From NCBI GenBank assembly GCA_038235595.1, contig JBBSTU010000001.1, positions 2,947 through 66,946 of the forward strand: a DNA stretch of 64,000 bases, read 5' to 3'. The notes under the pieces are model-generated. The model saw only the letters and a list, made by a program, of their open reading frames with translations. It was not told the origin of the DNA and ran no database searches. A program made the position numbers and the translations under genes. Every line of letters starts with the position of its first letter. Within the stretch, counting starts at the first letter, position 1. This DNA comes from Actinomycetales bacterium (GTDB taxonomy: Bacteria > Actinomycetota > Actinomycetes > Actinomycetales > Dermatophilaceae). This document shows positions 13,254 to 22,400 of the stretch, piece after piece.

Positions 13254-13571
13254 GTGGCACTACCACCGCTCACCCCTGAGCAACGCGCGGCAGCGCTGGC
13301 GAAGGCCGCCGCGGCTCGTCGGGAGCGAGCGGCGGTGAAGAACCGGCTGAAGTACTCCAGCGGCTCACTCTCCGAGGTCATCGGCGACGGCAAGATCGAC
13401 CCGGTCATCGGCAAGATGAAGGTCACCGAGCTGCTCGAGGCCATGCCCGGCGTGGGTCGGGTGCGGGCCCGGGCGATCATGGCAGAGGTCGGCATCGCCG
13501 AGTCGCGACGGGTGCGGGGCCTCGGCGCGAACCAGGCCTCCGCCCTGCTGCGCCGGTTCGAGAAGTCGTGA
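13254..13571 (+). CDS. mihF: actinobacterial integration host factor
   Basis: 105 aa: MALPPLTPEQRAAALAKAAAARRERAAVKNRLK...ELLEAMPGVGRVRARAIMAEVGIAESRRVRGLG. This is the typical mIHF sequence, in the canonical position ahead of gmk-rpoZ. Confidence 0.88.
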   Translation: MALPPLTPEQRAAALAKAAAARRERAAVKNRLKYSSGSLSEVIGDGKIDPVIGKMKVTELLEAMPGVGRVRARAIMAEVGIAESRRVRGLGANQASALLRRFEKS

Positions 13572-14185
13572 CGCCGAACGGCGACGTGCAGCCGCAGCCG
13601 GCAGAGGCTCCTCGGCGCCGGGTCGGGCGACTCGTCGTGCTGGCCGGTCCTACCGCCGTGGGCAAGGGCACGATGTCGGCCTACGTACGCACGCACTTTC
13701 CCGGCGTCTGGTTCTCGGTCTCGATGACCACCCGGCAACCGCGCCCCGGGGAGGTCGACGGTGTGCACTACCACTTCGTCGACGACCAGGAGTTCGACCG
13801 GCTGGCCTTGGCGGGGGAGTTTCTCGAGCACGCCGTCGTGCACGGTGTGGCGAAGTACGGCACGCCCCGCGGGCCGGTTGAGCGGGCCATCCGCGAGGGT
13901 CGCGACGCTCTGCTCGAGATCGACCTGCAGGGCGCCCGCCAGGTGCGCGACTCGTGGCCCGACGCACTGTTCGTGTTTCTCGCCCCGCCCAGCTGGGAGG
14001 AGCTCGTGCGACGCCTGGTCGGTCGGGGCACGGAGGACGAGCTCGAACGCGAACGCCGCCTGGCCACCGCCCGCACCGAGATGGGGGCCCGGAGCGAGTT
14101 CGACGAGGTCATCGTCAACGACGACGTTCGTCGGGCCAGTGAAGAACTCGTATCATTGATGAGGTCAGGGTCGGCGCAAGCCTGA
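13568..14185 (+). CDS. gmk: guanylate kinase
   Basis: P-loop [11 protein letters not shown] and [22 protein letters not shown] overlap with mihF. Confidence 0.92.
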   Translation: MTPNGDVQPQPAEAPRRRVGRLVVLAGPTAVGKGTMSAYVRTHFPGVWFSVSMTTRQPRPGEVDGVHYHFVDDQEFDRLALAGEFLEHAVVHGVAKYGTPRGPVERAIREGRDALLEIDLQGARQVRDSWPDALFVFLAPPSWEELVRRLVGRGTEDELERERRLATARTEMGARSEFDEVIVNDDVRRASEELVSLMRSGSAQA

Positions 14186-14283
14186 TCTTCACGCTGTCCT
14201 GCCCCTCGGACGTATCTCGGAAGCGCTCCGACGTGCGCCGGGGCCGTCGAAACCATGCAGACCCCGAACGAAACGAGATCACC

Positions 14284-14547
14284 GTGTCCGGTACCAAGGC
14301 CGCCCCCATCGGCATCACCAACCCGCCGATCGACGACCTCCTGACCGTCGCCGACTCCAAGTACGCGCTCGTCATCTACTCGGCCCAGCGGGCCCGTCAG
14401 ATCAACGCGTACTACTCGCAGCTCCAGGAGGGGCTGCTCGACTACGTCGGCCCGCTCGTCGAGACCGAGGTTCACGAGAAGCCGCTGTCGATCGCCCTAC
14501 GCGAGATCAACCAGCGGTTGCTCACCTCCGTGCCGACCGAGGCCTGA
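14284..14547 (+). CDS. rpoZ: DNA-directed RNA polymerase omega subunit
   Basis: [45 protein letters not shown] preferred the GTG at 14284 over the ORF-track start at 14233, by comparison with typical actinobacterial omega N-termini. Confidence 0.85.
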   Translation: MSGTKAAPIGITNPPIDDLLTVADSKYALVIYSAQRARQINAYYSQLQEGLLDYVGPLVETEVHEKPLSIALREINQRLLTSVPTEA

Positions 14548-14554
14548 ACTGCGT

Positions 14555-15913
14555 TTGGTGGCCGGCTCCAGCACCCGCCTGCGCATCGTTCTCGGTGTCA
14601 GTGGTGGCATCGCCGCCTACAAGGCCTGCTCACTCCTGCGGCTGTTCACCGAGGCGGGCCACGATGTGACGGTCGTGCCCACGGCCGCCGCCCTCGAGTT
14701 CGTCGGTGCCCCCACCTGGGCCGCCCTCTCGGGCAAGCCGGTCAGCACCGACGTGTGGACCTCCGTCCATGAGGTGCCGCACGTGCGCATCGGGCAGCAC
14801 GCCGACCTGGTCGTGGTCGCTCCGGCAACGGCTGACATCGTCGCCAAAGCCGCCCACGGGCTGGCCGGCGACCTGCTCACCAGCACGCTGCTGACCGCCC
14901 GGTGCCCGGTGGTGTTCGCCCCGGCCATGCACACCGAGATGTGGGAACACCCGGCCACCCGCGCCAATATCGCCACGCTGCGTGAGCGAGGGGCGCACGT
15001 CATCGACCCCGCTCACGGTCGACTCACGGGTGCTGACACCGGCGCGGGACGCCTGCCCGAGCCAGACGAGCTCTACACAGCCTGCCTGGCTGTCGTGGCG
15101 GCCGCGGCCACCCCAGCGACCAGCACCACAACCACCACCAGCACCCCAACCACCCCCAGCACGCCGACCACCACCAGCACGCCGACCACCACCACGGATG
15201 CCGGTGAGCGCCCGGCATCCGGTGACAGTCGTCTTCGGGGGCGGCGCTTCGTCGTGTCGGCGGGCGGAACCCGCGAACCGCTCGACCCGGTGCGCTTCAT
15301 CGGCAACCGCAGCTCTGGCAAGCAGGGTTACGCCATCGCGCGCGCGGCACTGGCGCGGGGGGCCGTTGTCACGCTCGTAGCGGCCAACGTGGCTCTGCCG
15401 ACCCCCGAGGGCCTGATGCTGGTCACGGTCGAGACGACCGAGCAGCTCAAGGCGGCGGTCGACGCGGCGGCGGCCGAAGCCGACGTCGTGGTGATGGCGG
15501 CGGCCCCCGCCGACTTCCGGCCCGCGCACGCCAACGCTCACAAGATCAAGAAGGACCCCGACGATCCGGCCGCGGGTCTGCGGCTCGACCTGGTCGAGAA
15601 CCCCGACATCGTCAAGGGCCTGGTGGCCACCCGGGCCGAACACGGCACCGCGCGGCCGGTCATCGTCAGCTTCGCGGCTGAGACGGGTGACGCCGACGGC
15701 TCGGTCATGCAGCACGCGCGGGCGAAGTTCGCGCGCAAGGGCAGCGACCTGCAGGTGGTCAACGAGGTCGGAGACGGTCTCACCTTCGGCCGCGACGACA
15801 CCACCGTGCACCTGCTGCGCCGAGGAGACGACGAGGCGGTCACCGTGGGCCCCACCTCCAAGGATGCTGTCGCAGAGGCGGTTGTGGACGCCATCGAGCG
15901 GCTCCTGACGTGA
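14555..15913 (+). CDS. coaBC: bifunctional phosphopantothenoylcysteine decarboxylase / phosphopantothenate-cysteine ligase
   Basis: CoaC motifs VSGGIAAYKA and APAMHTEMW; CoaB motif IGNRSSGKQG. The two halves are joined by a Thr/Pro-rich linker. The start could be TTG 14555 or GTG 14558. Confidence 0.92.
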   Translation: MVAGSSTRLRIVLGVSGGIAAYKACSLLRLFTEAGHDVTVVPTAAALEFVGAPTWAALSGKPVSTDVWTSVHEVPHVRIGQHADLVVVAPATADIVAKAAHGLAGDLLTSTLLTARCPVVFAPAMHTEMWEHPATRANIATLRERGAHVIDPAHGRLTGADTGAGRLPEPDELYTACLAVVAAAATPATSTTTTTSTPTTPSTPTTTSTPTTTTDAGERPASGDSRLRGRRFVVSAGGTREPLDPVRFIGNRSSGKQGYAIARAALARGAVVTLVAANVALPTPEGLMLVTVETTEQLKAAVDAAAAEADVVVMAAAPADFRPAHANAHKIKKDPDDPAAGLRLDLVENPDIVKGLVATRAEHGTARPVIVSFAAETGDADGSVMQHARAKFARKGSDLQVVNEVGDGLTFGRDDTTVHLLRRGDDEAVTVGPTSKDAVAEAVVDAIERLLT

Positions 15914-15986
15914 CCGGTAAACTCATGCGCCACACCATCCATCACCAGCCAGCCGTAGTCACCGACCCGAGTTAGGGAGCTTCCTC

Positions 15987-17207
15987 GTGCCCGCACGCCT
16001 GTTCACGTCCGAGTCCGTCACCGAGGGGCACCCCGACAAGATCTGTGACCAGATCAGCGACTCGATCCTCGACGCCATGCTCCGTGCTGACCCGCACGCC
16101 CGAGTCGCGGTCGAGACGATGGTCACCACGGGCCTCGTGCACGTCGCCGGCGAGGTCTCGACCGTCGGCTATGTAGAGATCCCCGCGATCGTTCGCGAGA
16201 CGATCCTCGAGGTCGGTTACGACGGGTCGCAGAAGGGGTTCGACGGCCGCACCTGCGGTGTCTCCATCTCCATCGGGGCCCAGTCGCCCGACATCGCCCA
16301 GGGGGTCGACACCGCCCACGAGAACCGGCACGGCGGCATCGACCCGCTCGACAAGCAGGGCGCCGGCGACCAGGGCCTGATGTTCGGGTACGCCTGCGAC
16401 GACACGCCTGAGCTGCTCCCCCTGCCGATCTACCTCGCGCACCGTCTGGCCGAACGGCTCACCGCGGTGCGCAAGGGTGACGTGCTGCCCTACCTGCGCC
16501 CCGACGGCAAGACCCAGGTCACGATCGCCTACGACGGCGATCGCCCGGTCTCACTCGACACGGTCGTGCTCTCCACCCAGCACGCGCCAGACGTGTCTCT
16601 CGAACGGATGCTCGAACCCGACATCCGCGAGCACGTCATCGAGCCGGTGCTGCACGAGCTGGCCAGCAGCGGCACCCACCTCGACACGACCAGCTTCCGC
16701 GCGCTGATCAACCCGACCGGCCGCTTCGAGATCGGCGGCCCGATGGGGGATGCCGGTCTCACCGGCCGCAAGATCATCGTCGACACCTACGGCGGCATGG
16801 CCCGTCACGGCGGCGGCGCCTTCTCGGGCAAGGACCCGAGCAAGGTCGACCGCTCGGCCGCGTACGCGATGCGCTGGGTGGCCAAGAACGTCGTGGCCGC
16901 TGGGCTCGCCAGCCGGTGCGAGGTTCAGGTCGCCTACGCGATCGGCAAGGCGCAGCCGGTCGGCCTCTACATCGAGACCTTCGGCACCGAGACCGAACCG
17001 GTCGACAAGATCCAGTCGGCCATCACCACCGTGTTCGACCTGCGACCCGGCGCGATCGTCGACGCCCTCGACCTGCTACGCCCGATCTACAAGCCGACCG
17101 CGGCGTACGGCCACTTCGGTCGCACCGAGGCGCCCGGCATCGAGAACGGCTTCACCTGGGAGCGCACCGACCGGGTCGAGGCGCTCCAGGCCGCCGTCGC
17201 CGGCTGA
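15987..17207 (+). CDS. metK: S-adenosylmethionine synthase
   Basis: 406 aa with [24 protein letters not shown] and [16 protein letters not shown]. Confidence 0.97.
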   Translation: MPARLFTSESVTEGHPDKICDQISDSILDAMLRADPHARVAVETMVTTGLVHVAGEVSTVGYVEIPAIVRETILEVGYDGSQKGFDGRTCGVSISIGAQSPDIAQGVDTAHENRHGGIDPLDKQGAGDQGLMFGYACDDTPELLPLPIYLAHRLAERLTAVRKGDVLPYLRPDGKTQVTIAYDGDRPVSLDTVVLSTQHAPDVSLERMLEPDIREHVIEPVLHELASSGTHLDTTSFRALINPTGRFEIGGPMGDAGLTGRKIIVDTYGGMARHGGGAFSGKDPSKVDRSAAYAMRWVAKNVVAAGLASRCEVQVAYAIGKAQPVGLYIETFGTETEPVDKIQSAITTVFDLRPGAIVDALDLLRPIYKPTAAYGHFGRTEAPGIENGFTWERTDRVEALQAAVAG

Positions 17208-17223
17208 GGCTGGGTTCGCCCTC

Positions 17224-19452
17224 GTGGCGACTGACGAGCTGGCCGGGCGATCAGCGCCGCGAACGGCAGCGCGCGATCCGGGGGAGGCCCCCGGTCGCAG
17301 CCTGCCGGTCGCGGCCGTGGCCGTGGAGACACCCCTCGCGCACCTCGACCGGGTGTTCGAGTACACCGTTCCCGACGAGCTGACGGCGGATGCCGTTCCC
17401 GGCGCGCGGGTTCGAGTGCGGTTCGCCGGCCGTGACCTCGAGGGCTTCGTGCTCGAGCGGCGGGCGCAGCCGGAGCACGACGGGCGACTCTCGCCGCTGC
17501 GACGGGTGGTCAGCCCCGAGCCGGTGCTCACCCCCGAGGTACGCACGCTTGCCCGGGCCGTGGCCGACCGTTACGCCGGCACACTGAGTGACGTGCTCCG
17601 CCTCGCGTTGCCGAAGCGTCACGCCACGGCCGAACGCAACCTGCCTCTCCACCCGCCGGCGCACGCCGCCCCGGACCCTGCCGAGACAGCCGACCCTGCC
17701 GACCCTGCCGACCCTGCCGGGCAGGCCGACGCTGCCGGGCAGGCCGACGCTGCCGACTCGAGAACGCCCTTCCCGCCTGCCCCCGAACCGGGGCCGTGGG
17801 CGGCCTACCCGGCCGGGCCGGCGTGGCTGCGCCGGCTCGCGGAAGGAGGGTCTCCGGGCGCTGCGTGGTCAGCCCTTCCCACGCGCCGTCGTGACGACGA
17901 CTGGCCCCGGGCCTTCGCCGTGGCGGCAGCCACGGCCCTGGCCGGCGGTCGCGGGTCGCTGCTCGTGGTGCCCGACCATCGCGATGTCGCCCGTCTCGAC
18001 CGCGAGCTCACCGAGGTGCTCGGCGTGGGCCGGCACGTTCGCCTCACCGCTGACCAGGGCCCCCAGGCCCGGTACACCGCCTGGCTCAAGGTGCTGCGGG
18101 GGCACGTCCGCGTCGTCATCGGCACTCGAGCCGCCGCTTTCGCGCCGGTGCACCACCTGGGTCTGGTCGCCTGGTGGGACGACGGCGACGACCTGCTCGC
18201 CGAGCCGCGTGCCCCGTACCACCAGACCGGGGTCGTGCTCTCTCTGAGGGCCGGCCAGTGCGGTGCCGCCTTGCTGGCCGGTGGCTTCGTTCGCAGCCTT
18301 CGAACTCAGGTCGAGGTCGAGGCCGGTCGGCTCGTCGCGGTCTCGGCCGCAGCGACCGTCGTGCGTGCTGCCGCACCGGTCGTCACGGTGGCCGGCGAGG
18401 GCCTCGACGAGGAGCGCGACGGCCCCGCGGCCCGAGCCCACCTGCCGTCGCGCGCGTGGCGTGTCGCCAAGGACGCCCTCGTTGACGGTCCGGTGCTCGT
18501 GCAGGTGCCGCGGCGCGGCTACCTGCCGTCGCTGTCGTGCGCGGAGTGCCGATCGGCCGTGCGCTGCGCCCGGTGTGCCGGCCCGATGGCGCTGGGGTCG
18601 AGCGGGGCACCGCCGGCCTGCCGTTGGTGCGGCACCACCATGGCGACCAGCGGTTTCGAATGCACCCACTGCGGTGCGCGTCGGCTGCGGTCGGCGGTCA
18701 CCGGGGCGCGGCGCACGGCCGAGGAGATCGGTCGGGCGTTCCCGGGCGTGCCGGTGATCGCGTCAGGATCGGGGGAGGTGCTGGCCGAGGTGGGTCCCGA
18801 ACCGGCCATCGTCATCGCCACGCCCGGGGCCGAGCCGGTCGCAGAAGGCGGGTACACGGCCGTGCTGCTGCTCGACGCCTGGGCCAGTCTCGACCTTCCC
18901 GTGCTCGATGCCCCTCTCGAGTCGCTGCGTCGCTGGGCCGCGGCGGCGGCCCTGGCCCGGCCCGGCCGAGCGGTGGTGCTGAGCGGAGTGCCCGAGGTGG
19001 TGGTGCTTCCCGCCGTGGAGGCCCTCGTGCGTTGGGACCCGGCCTGGCTCGCCGAGCGTGAGCTGGCCGAACGTCGCGAGCTGGGCCTGCCCCCGGCGGC
19101 CCGCTTCGTGCAGCTGACCGGGCCGCGTCGGGCCCTGGACGACGCTCTGACCCACCTCGACCTCCCGGCGGGCGCCTCCGTGCTCGGGCCCATGCCGGTC
19201 TCGACGAGCAGAGCGGGTGAGGCCGCGCCGGCGGGTCAGGTAGCCCCGGCGGCTCAGTCGAGCCACGCACGTCATGAGCGTCCTGGCGACCGACGCGACG
19301 ACACCGGCCCCGACTGGCACGTCTTCGTGCGGATCGACTCCGAGCGCACCCTCGAGCTGACCCGCGCGTTGAGCTCGCTGCGTGCCTTCCGTTCAGCCCG
19401 CAAGGACGCCGAAGTCGTCACTGTTCGGGTCGACCCGCACGAGAGCTGGTGA
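17224..19452 (+). CDS. priA: primosomal protein N' (PriA), actinobacterial type without recognisable ATPase motifs
   Basis: N-terminal 3'-DNA-binding-like region VETPLAHLDRVFEYTVPDEL...RVRVRFAGRDLEGFVLERR and a Cys-rich Zn region CAECRSAVRCARCAGPM...CRWCG...CTHCG. The start is uncertain: GTG 17224 is the first candidate after the metK stop, and ORF-track 16750 overlaps metK. Confidence 0.8.
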   Translation: MATDELAGRSAPRTAARDPGEAPGRSLPVAAVAVETPLAHLDRVFEYTVPDELTADAVPGARVRVRFAGRDLEGFVLERRAQPEHDGRLSPLRRVVSPEPVLTPEVRTLARAVADRYAGTLSDVLRLALPKRHATAERNLPLHPPAHAAPDPAETADPADPADPAGQADAAGQADAADSRTPFPPAPEPGPWAAYPAGPAWLRRLAEGGSPGAAWSALPTRRRDDDWPRAFAVAAATALAGGRGSLLVVPDHRDVARLDRELTEVLGVGRHVRLTADQGPQARYTAWLKVLRGHVRVVIGTRAAAFAPVHHLGLVAWWDDGDDLLAEPRAPYHQTGVVLSLRAGQCGAALLAGGFVRSLRTQVEVEAGRLVAVSAAATVVRAAAPVVTVAGEGLDEERDGPAARAHLPSRAWRVAKDALVDGPVLVQVPRRGYLPSLSCAECRSAVRCARCAGPMALGSSGAPPACRWCGTTMATSGFECTHCGARRLRSAVTGARRTAEEIGRAFPGVPVIASGSGEVLAEVGPEPAIVIATPGAEPVAEGGYTAVLLLDAWASLDLPVLDAPLESLRRWAAAAALARPGRAVVLSGVPEVVVLPAVEALVRWDPAWLAERELAERRELGLPPAARFVQLTGPRRALDDALTHLDLPAGASVLGPMPVSTSRAGEAAPAGQVAPAAQSSHARHERPGDRRDDTGPDWHVFVRIDSERTLELTRALSSLRAFRSARKDAEVVTVRVDPHESW

Positions 19453-22400
19453 TCAGGCTCGGCCGGTAGGGCGGGTCGACGCGTCGACCGTCCTCTCCTC
19501 ACGCAGCGACGGTGACACGGTTGACGGCATCCGCCAGGGCCGCCAGGTCAGGTCGGGAAGCAGGGTGACGGCCCGGCCGGCGTCGAGGCAGACCAGGCGG
19601 ATCCACTCGTTCCCGACGAGCTGGGTCAGGGTCTCGTGCCGCTCGACGATGCCGGCCACGAGGTCGGGTTCGGCGTCGACCACGGCCAGGAGGCGGACCG
19701 GCTCGTGAACCAGGCTCTGCGACAACGGCCCCGTGCCAGGTGGCTGTCGGAACAAGGACTGCCAGGGCAGGCCGGTGCGCAGGTCACCGTGGGCGCCGGT
19801 GAGAACGCCGATGTCTCCGACGACGTTGTGGGTGGTCTTGTCGCCGGCACCGAACGTGTCCGGGTCAACCGCGGAGAAGTAGTACTGGGCGTTGATCCAT
19901 TGTGCGACGACGAGCGGGGCGGTCAGCAGCTGTTCGAGCACGTGGCCCGCTCGGTCACTGTGACGGTCGTACCCGTGCAGGAACACCCTCGAGCCGAGAT
20001 CGGCACCGATGGTGAGCTGGCGCGGCCCGAAGACGATGGCGGCATTACCGGCGAGGCCCCACTCCGGGGTGGGCTCTGACCAGTCGGCGGCCCGGCGGCC
20101 GACGGGGCGCGACACGGGTCGGGTGGTTCGGCCCGACACCGGCAGCAACCGCTCGCGCTCGAGGGCTGCGCGCCGGCCGGCTGCCGCCAACGATGCCTCG
20201 ATGTCGGGGTGCTCACCCGGCCGGGCCAGGGTGATCGCGTCGGTCGACGTGTCGTGCAGAGCCGCCACCGCGACAGTGTCAACCGGCAGGCGCAGCCCCT
20301 GGTTCGCCAGCTGCGCGCGTACCTGCTCGTCGTTGAGGGCATCGACGAGCAGGGCCGCGTTCACGCGACCGTCGTTGCCTCCGCAGGCGCCGCAGTCGTA
20401 AGCCGTGCCGAACGCGTTGTTCTCGGTCGTCGACCCGTGGCCGCACACGACGATGAGGGGCGCGAAGTTCTCGGTCAGCCCGGTGCTTCGCAACGCCGCG
20501 ATCGCGAGGTCGACCTTCTCGTGAAGGCCGAGGTCGGTGACCAGTGGAGCCTGGTCGGTGCGGGGGTGATCACCGATCCAGCCGCGCACGAACCGCCGGG
20601 TCGTCGCGGGGGCGAGCAAGGCGCTCGTGGACGAGAGCGCGGCCAGGATGCCGCCGCCCTCGGCCACCACCAGTGCCCCCAGGGGCGTGGCGCTGACGGC
20701 CGTCGCAGACCGGTGCAGAACCTGCCGGAACCGCAGCGGCGTGGGCTGGCGGCGAGCGGTGAACGACGGCTCCACGAGGGCGGGGCACTGGTCGTGGGCC
20801 ACCCCGTCGGCGTTGAGGTAACGCACGGCCGCGCCGAAGAAGCCGGCGTACCCGTAGGTGTGGTGGTCGCCCGACTCCTCGAGGTGGCGGCGGACCCGTT
20901 CGGAGCGGACGTCGATGCACCACAGCGACTGGCTCTGCGGGCGACCAGCGACGCCGGCGGCCCGGGTCTCGGTGCCAGATCTGGGGCTGGGAACGTCGAG
21001 ATCGGAGGTCGCGGACGGCCCCACGATCTGGGTGATCAGCCACTCCTCGACGCCGATCTCGAGGGCGCGCTGCCAGATGCTTGCCGGCTCGGTGTCGGTA
21101 ACTCCCGCCGGACCGGCAGGCCCGGTCGCAGCCTCGACCTCGACCCTCGACAGCACGAGCTCGGTTCGCGGTCGGCCGCGTGAGACCGCCCCTGAGAAGA
21201 GCACGTCGTGCGCCATGCGCAGGGCAGCGAGCTGCAGCAGGGGGGTCGTCTCACCGGACCGGCGGGCTCGCCAGGAGGCGTGCGCGGCCCAACCGGGGGC
21301 GGAAGCCAGGGTCGCCACCAGGTAGCCGACCAGCAGGTCGGCCGGCAGCTCGACTCGCCGTGCCAGCTCTTCGATCGCAGCGGCAGGCTCCTCGGGCAGC
21401 GTCCGTGCCCAGGCGGCCGCACCTCGGATGCCGGTCGCCGCGTCGTAGCTGGGGCTAGCGGCTGCCCGACGCCAACGGTCCCAAGGGCCCGACGGGTCGA
21501 GATCGGGGGACCCGGGCGTGTCGGATGCTGTTGTCGGCCAGGCACGCTGGGCCCAGAGGGCGGCGTGAGTATCGACCAGCTCGACGGCGTGGGTCACGGA
21601 TGAGGGGGGCAGGGCCGCACAGAACCTCAGCACCGAGACGGGGTCAAGCGGCTTGGCGGATGCCGCTCGGACGGCCACGCGCGAACGCGTGTCAGCCACG
21701 AGCCGCTCGATGGTCGCGCCGGGATCCAGCTCGCTCGTCGCGCCTGTACCCGACCCGTCCGTACCCAGACCGACGGTGCCGTCTACGGGCGTGTCGGCGA
21801 CCTCTGCGAGGGCGGCCGCCAGGTGGTGGGGGTGGATCCGGCCGGAGTCGAACAGGTCAAGGTAGTAGCGAAGTGGTGCCCGACCGGCCACCGGAGCCGC
21901 TCCAGCGAGGGAATGCGCCCGGCTCGCAACGGCCAGGGCGTCGTCGAACGGCATCGACTCGAGGCGGGCCAGCGGGTTGGCCGCCACCATGTTGCGCAGT
22001 GGCCAGGAGGTGCCGACGGTCGCGGCGGCGGCTACCACTGCCGCACCGGCGACCGGGCCGCGCACCTGGCTGCGCGAGTCGGACGTGCTGACACAGCGGG
22101 GCAGCGATGCGAAGCGTCGGCGGCGAGCCATCGGCGCCAAGGCCGTCGGGAGCAGCCGCACGGCGAGGGCCGAGTCTGGCCTTGCGGTCAGCGAGCGGCT
22201 GCCGACGACGACGGCCGCGCCCGCGATCACGAGACCGGCGACGAGCACGGTCGCCCAGAGTGGCTCCCAGACGGCATCTCGGGGGAGCGCCGGGTTCAGG
22301 GCGTGCTCCCAGCCCACAAGCACCCAGCCGTAGAGCCCGGCCACGATCCCGGCCGCCACCACCGCGACCAGGCTCTGCGCGCCCGTCGCCCGGGGCAGGC

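Noticed and set aside
12819-13338. ORFs of 121 aa (12819-13184) and 90 aa (13066-13338) in the GntR-mihF gap as small protein genes.
   Set aside because: The translations are Arg-rich with no motif, no SD or -10 context, and one overlaps the mihF start. They are treated as non-coding, although a small protein cannot be strictly excluded.
15914-15986. SAM riboswitch upstream of metK.
   Set aside because: The gap is only 73 nt and shows none of the conserved SAM-I or SAM-IV core sequences. It holds a TAAACT hexamer and an SD, consistent with a plain promoter and leader.
16750-17223. Long N-terminal extensions in the ORF track: priA from 16750, carA from 1619, pyrD from 7016, fmt from 28672, MFS from 26776, PnuC-like from 33139, ribE from 34652, ribBA from 35449, hisI from 48042, trpE from 48513, trpA from 53278, gltB from 55354 and the DinB-like gene to 43759.
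   Set aside because: Each extension overlaps the preceding well-supported gene, a riboswitch platform or repeat DNA. Each also lacks homology-like sequence. Internal starts that abut the upstream stop, or that have an SD or -10 signal, were used instead.
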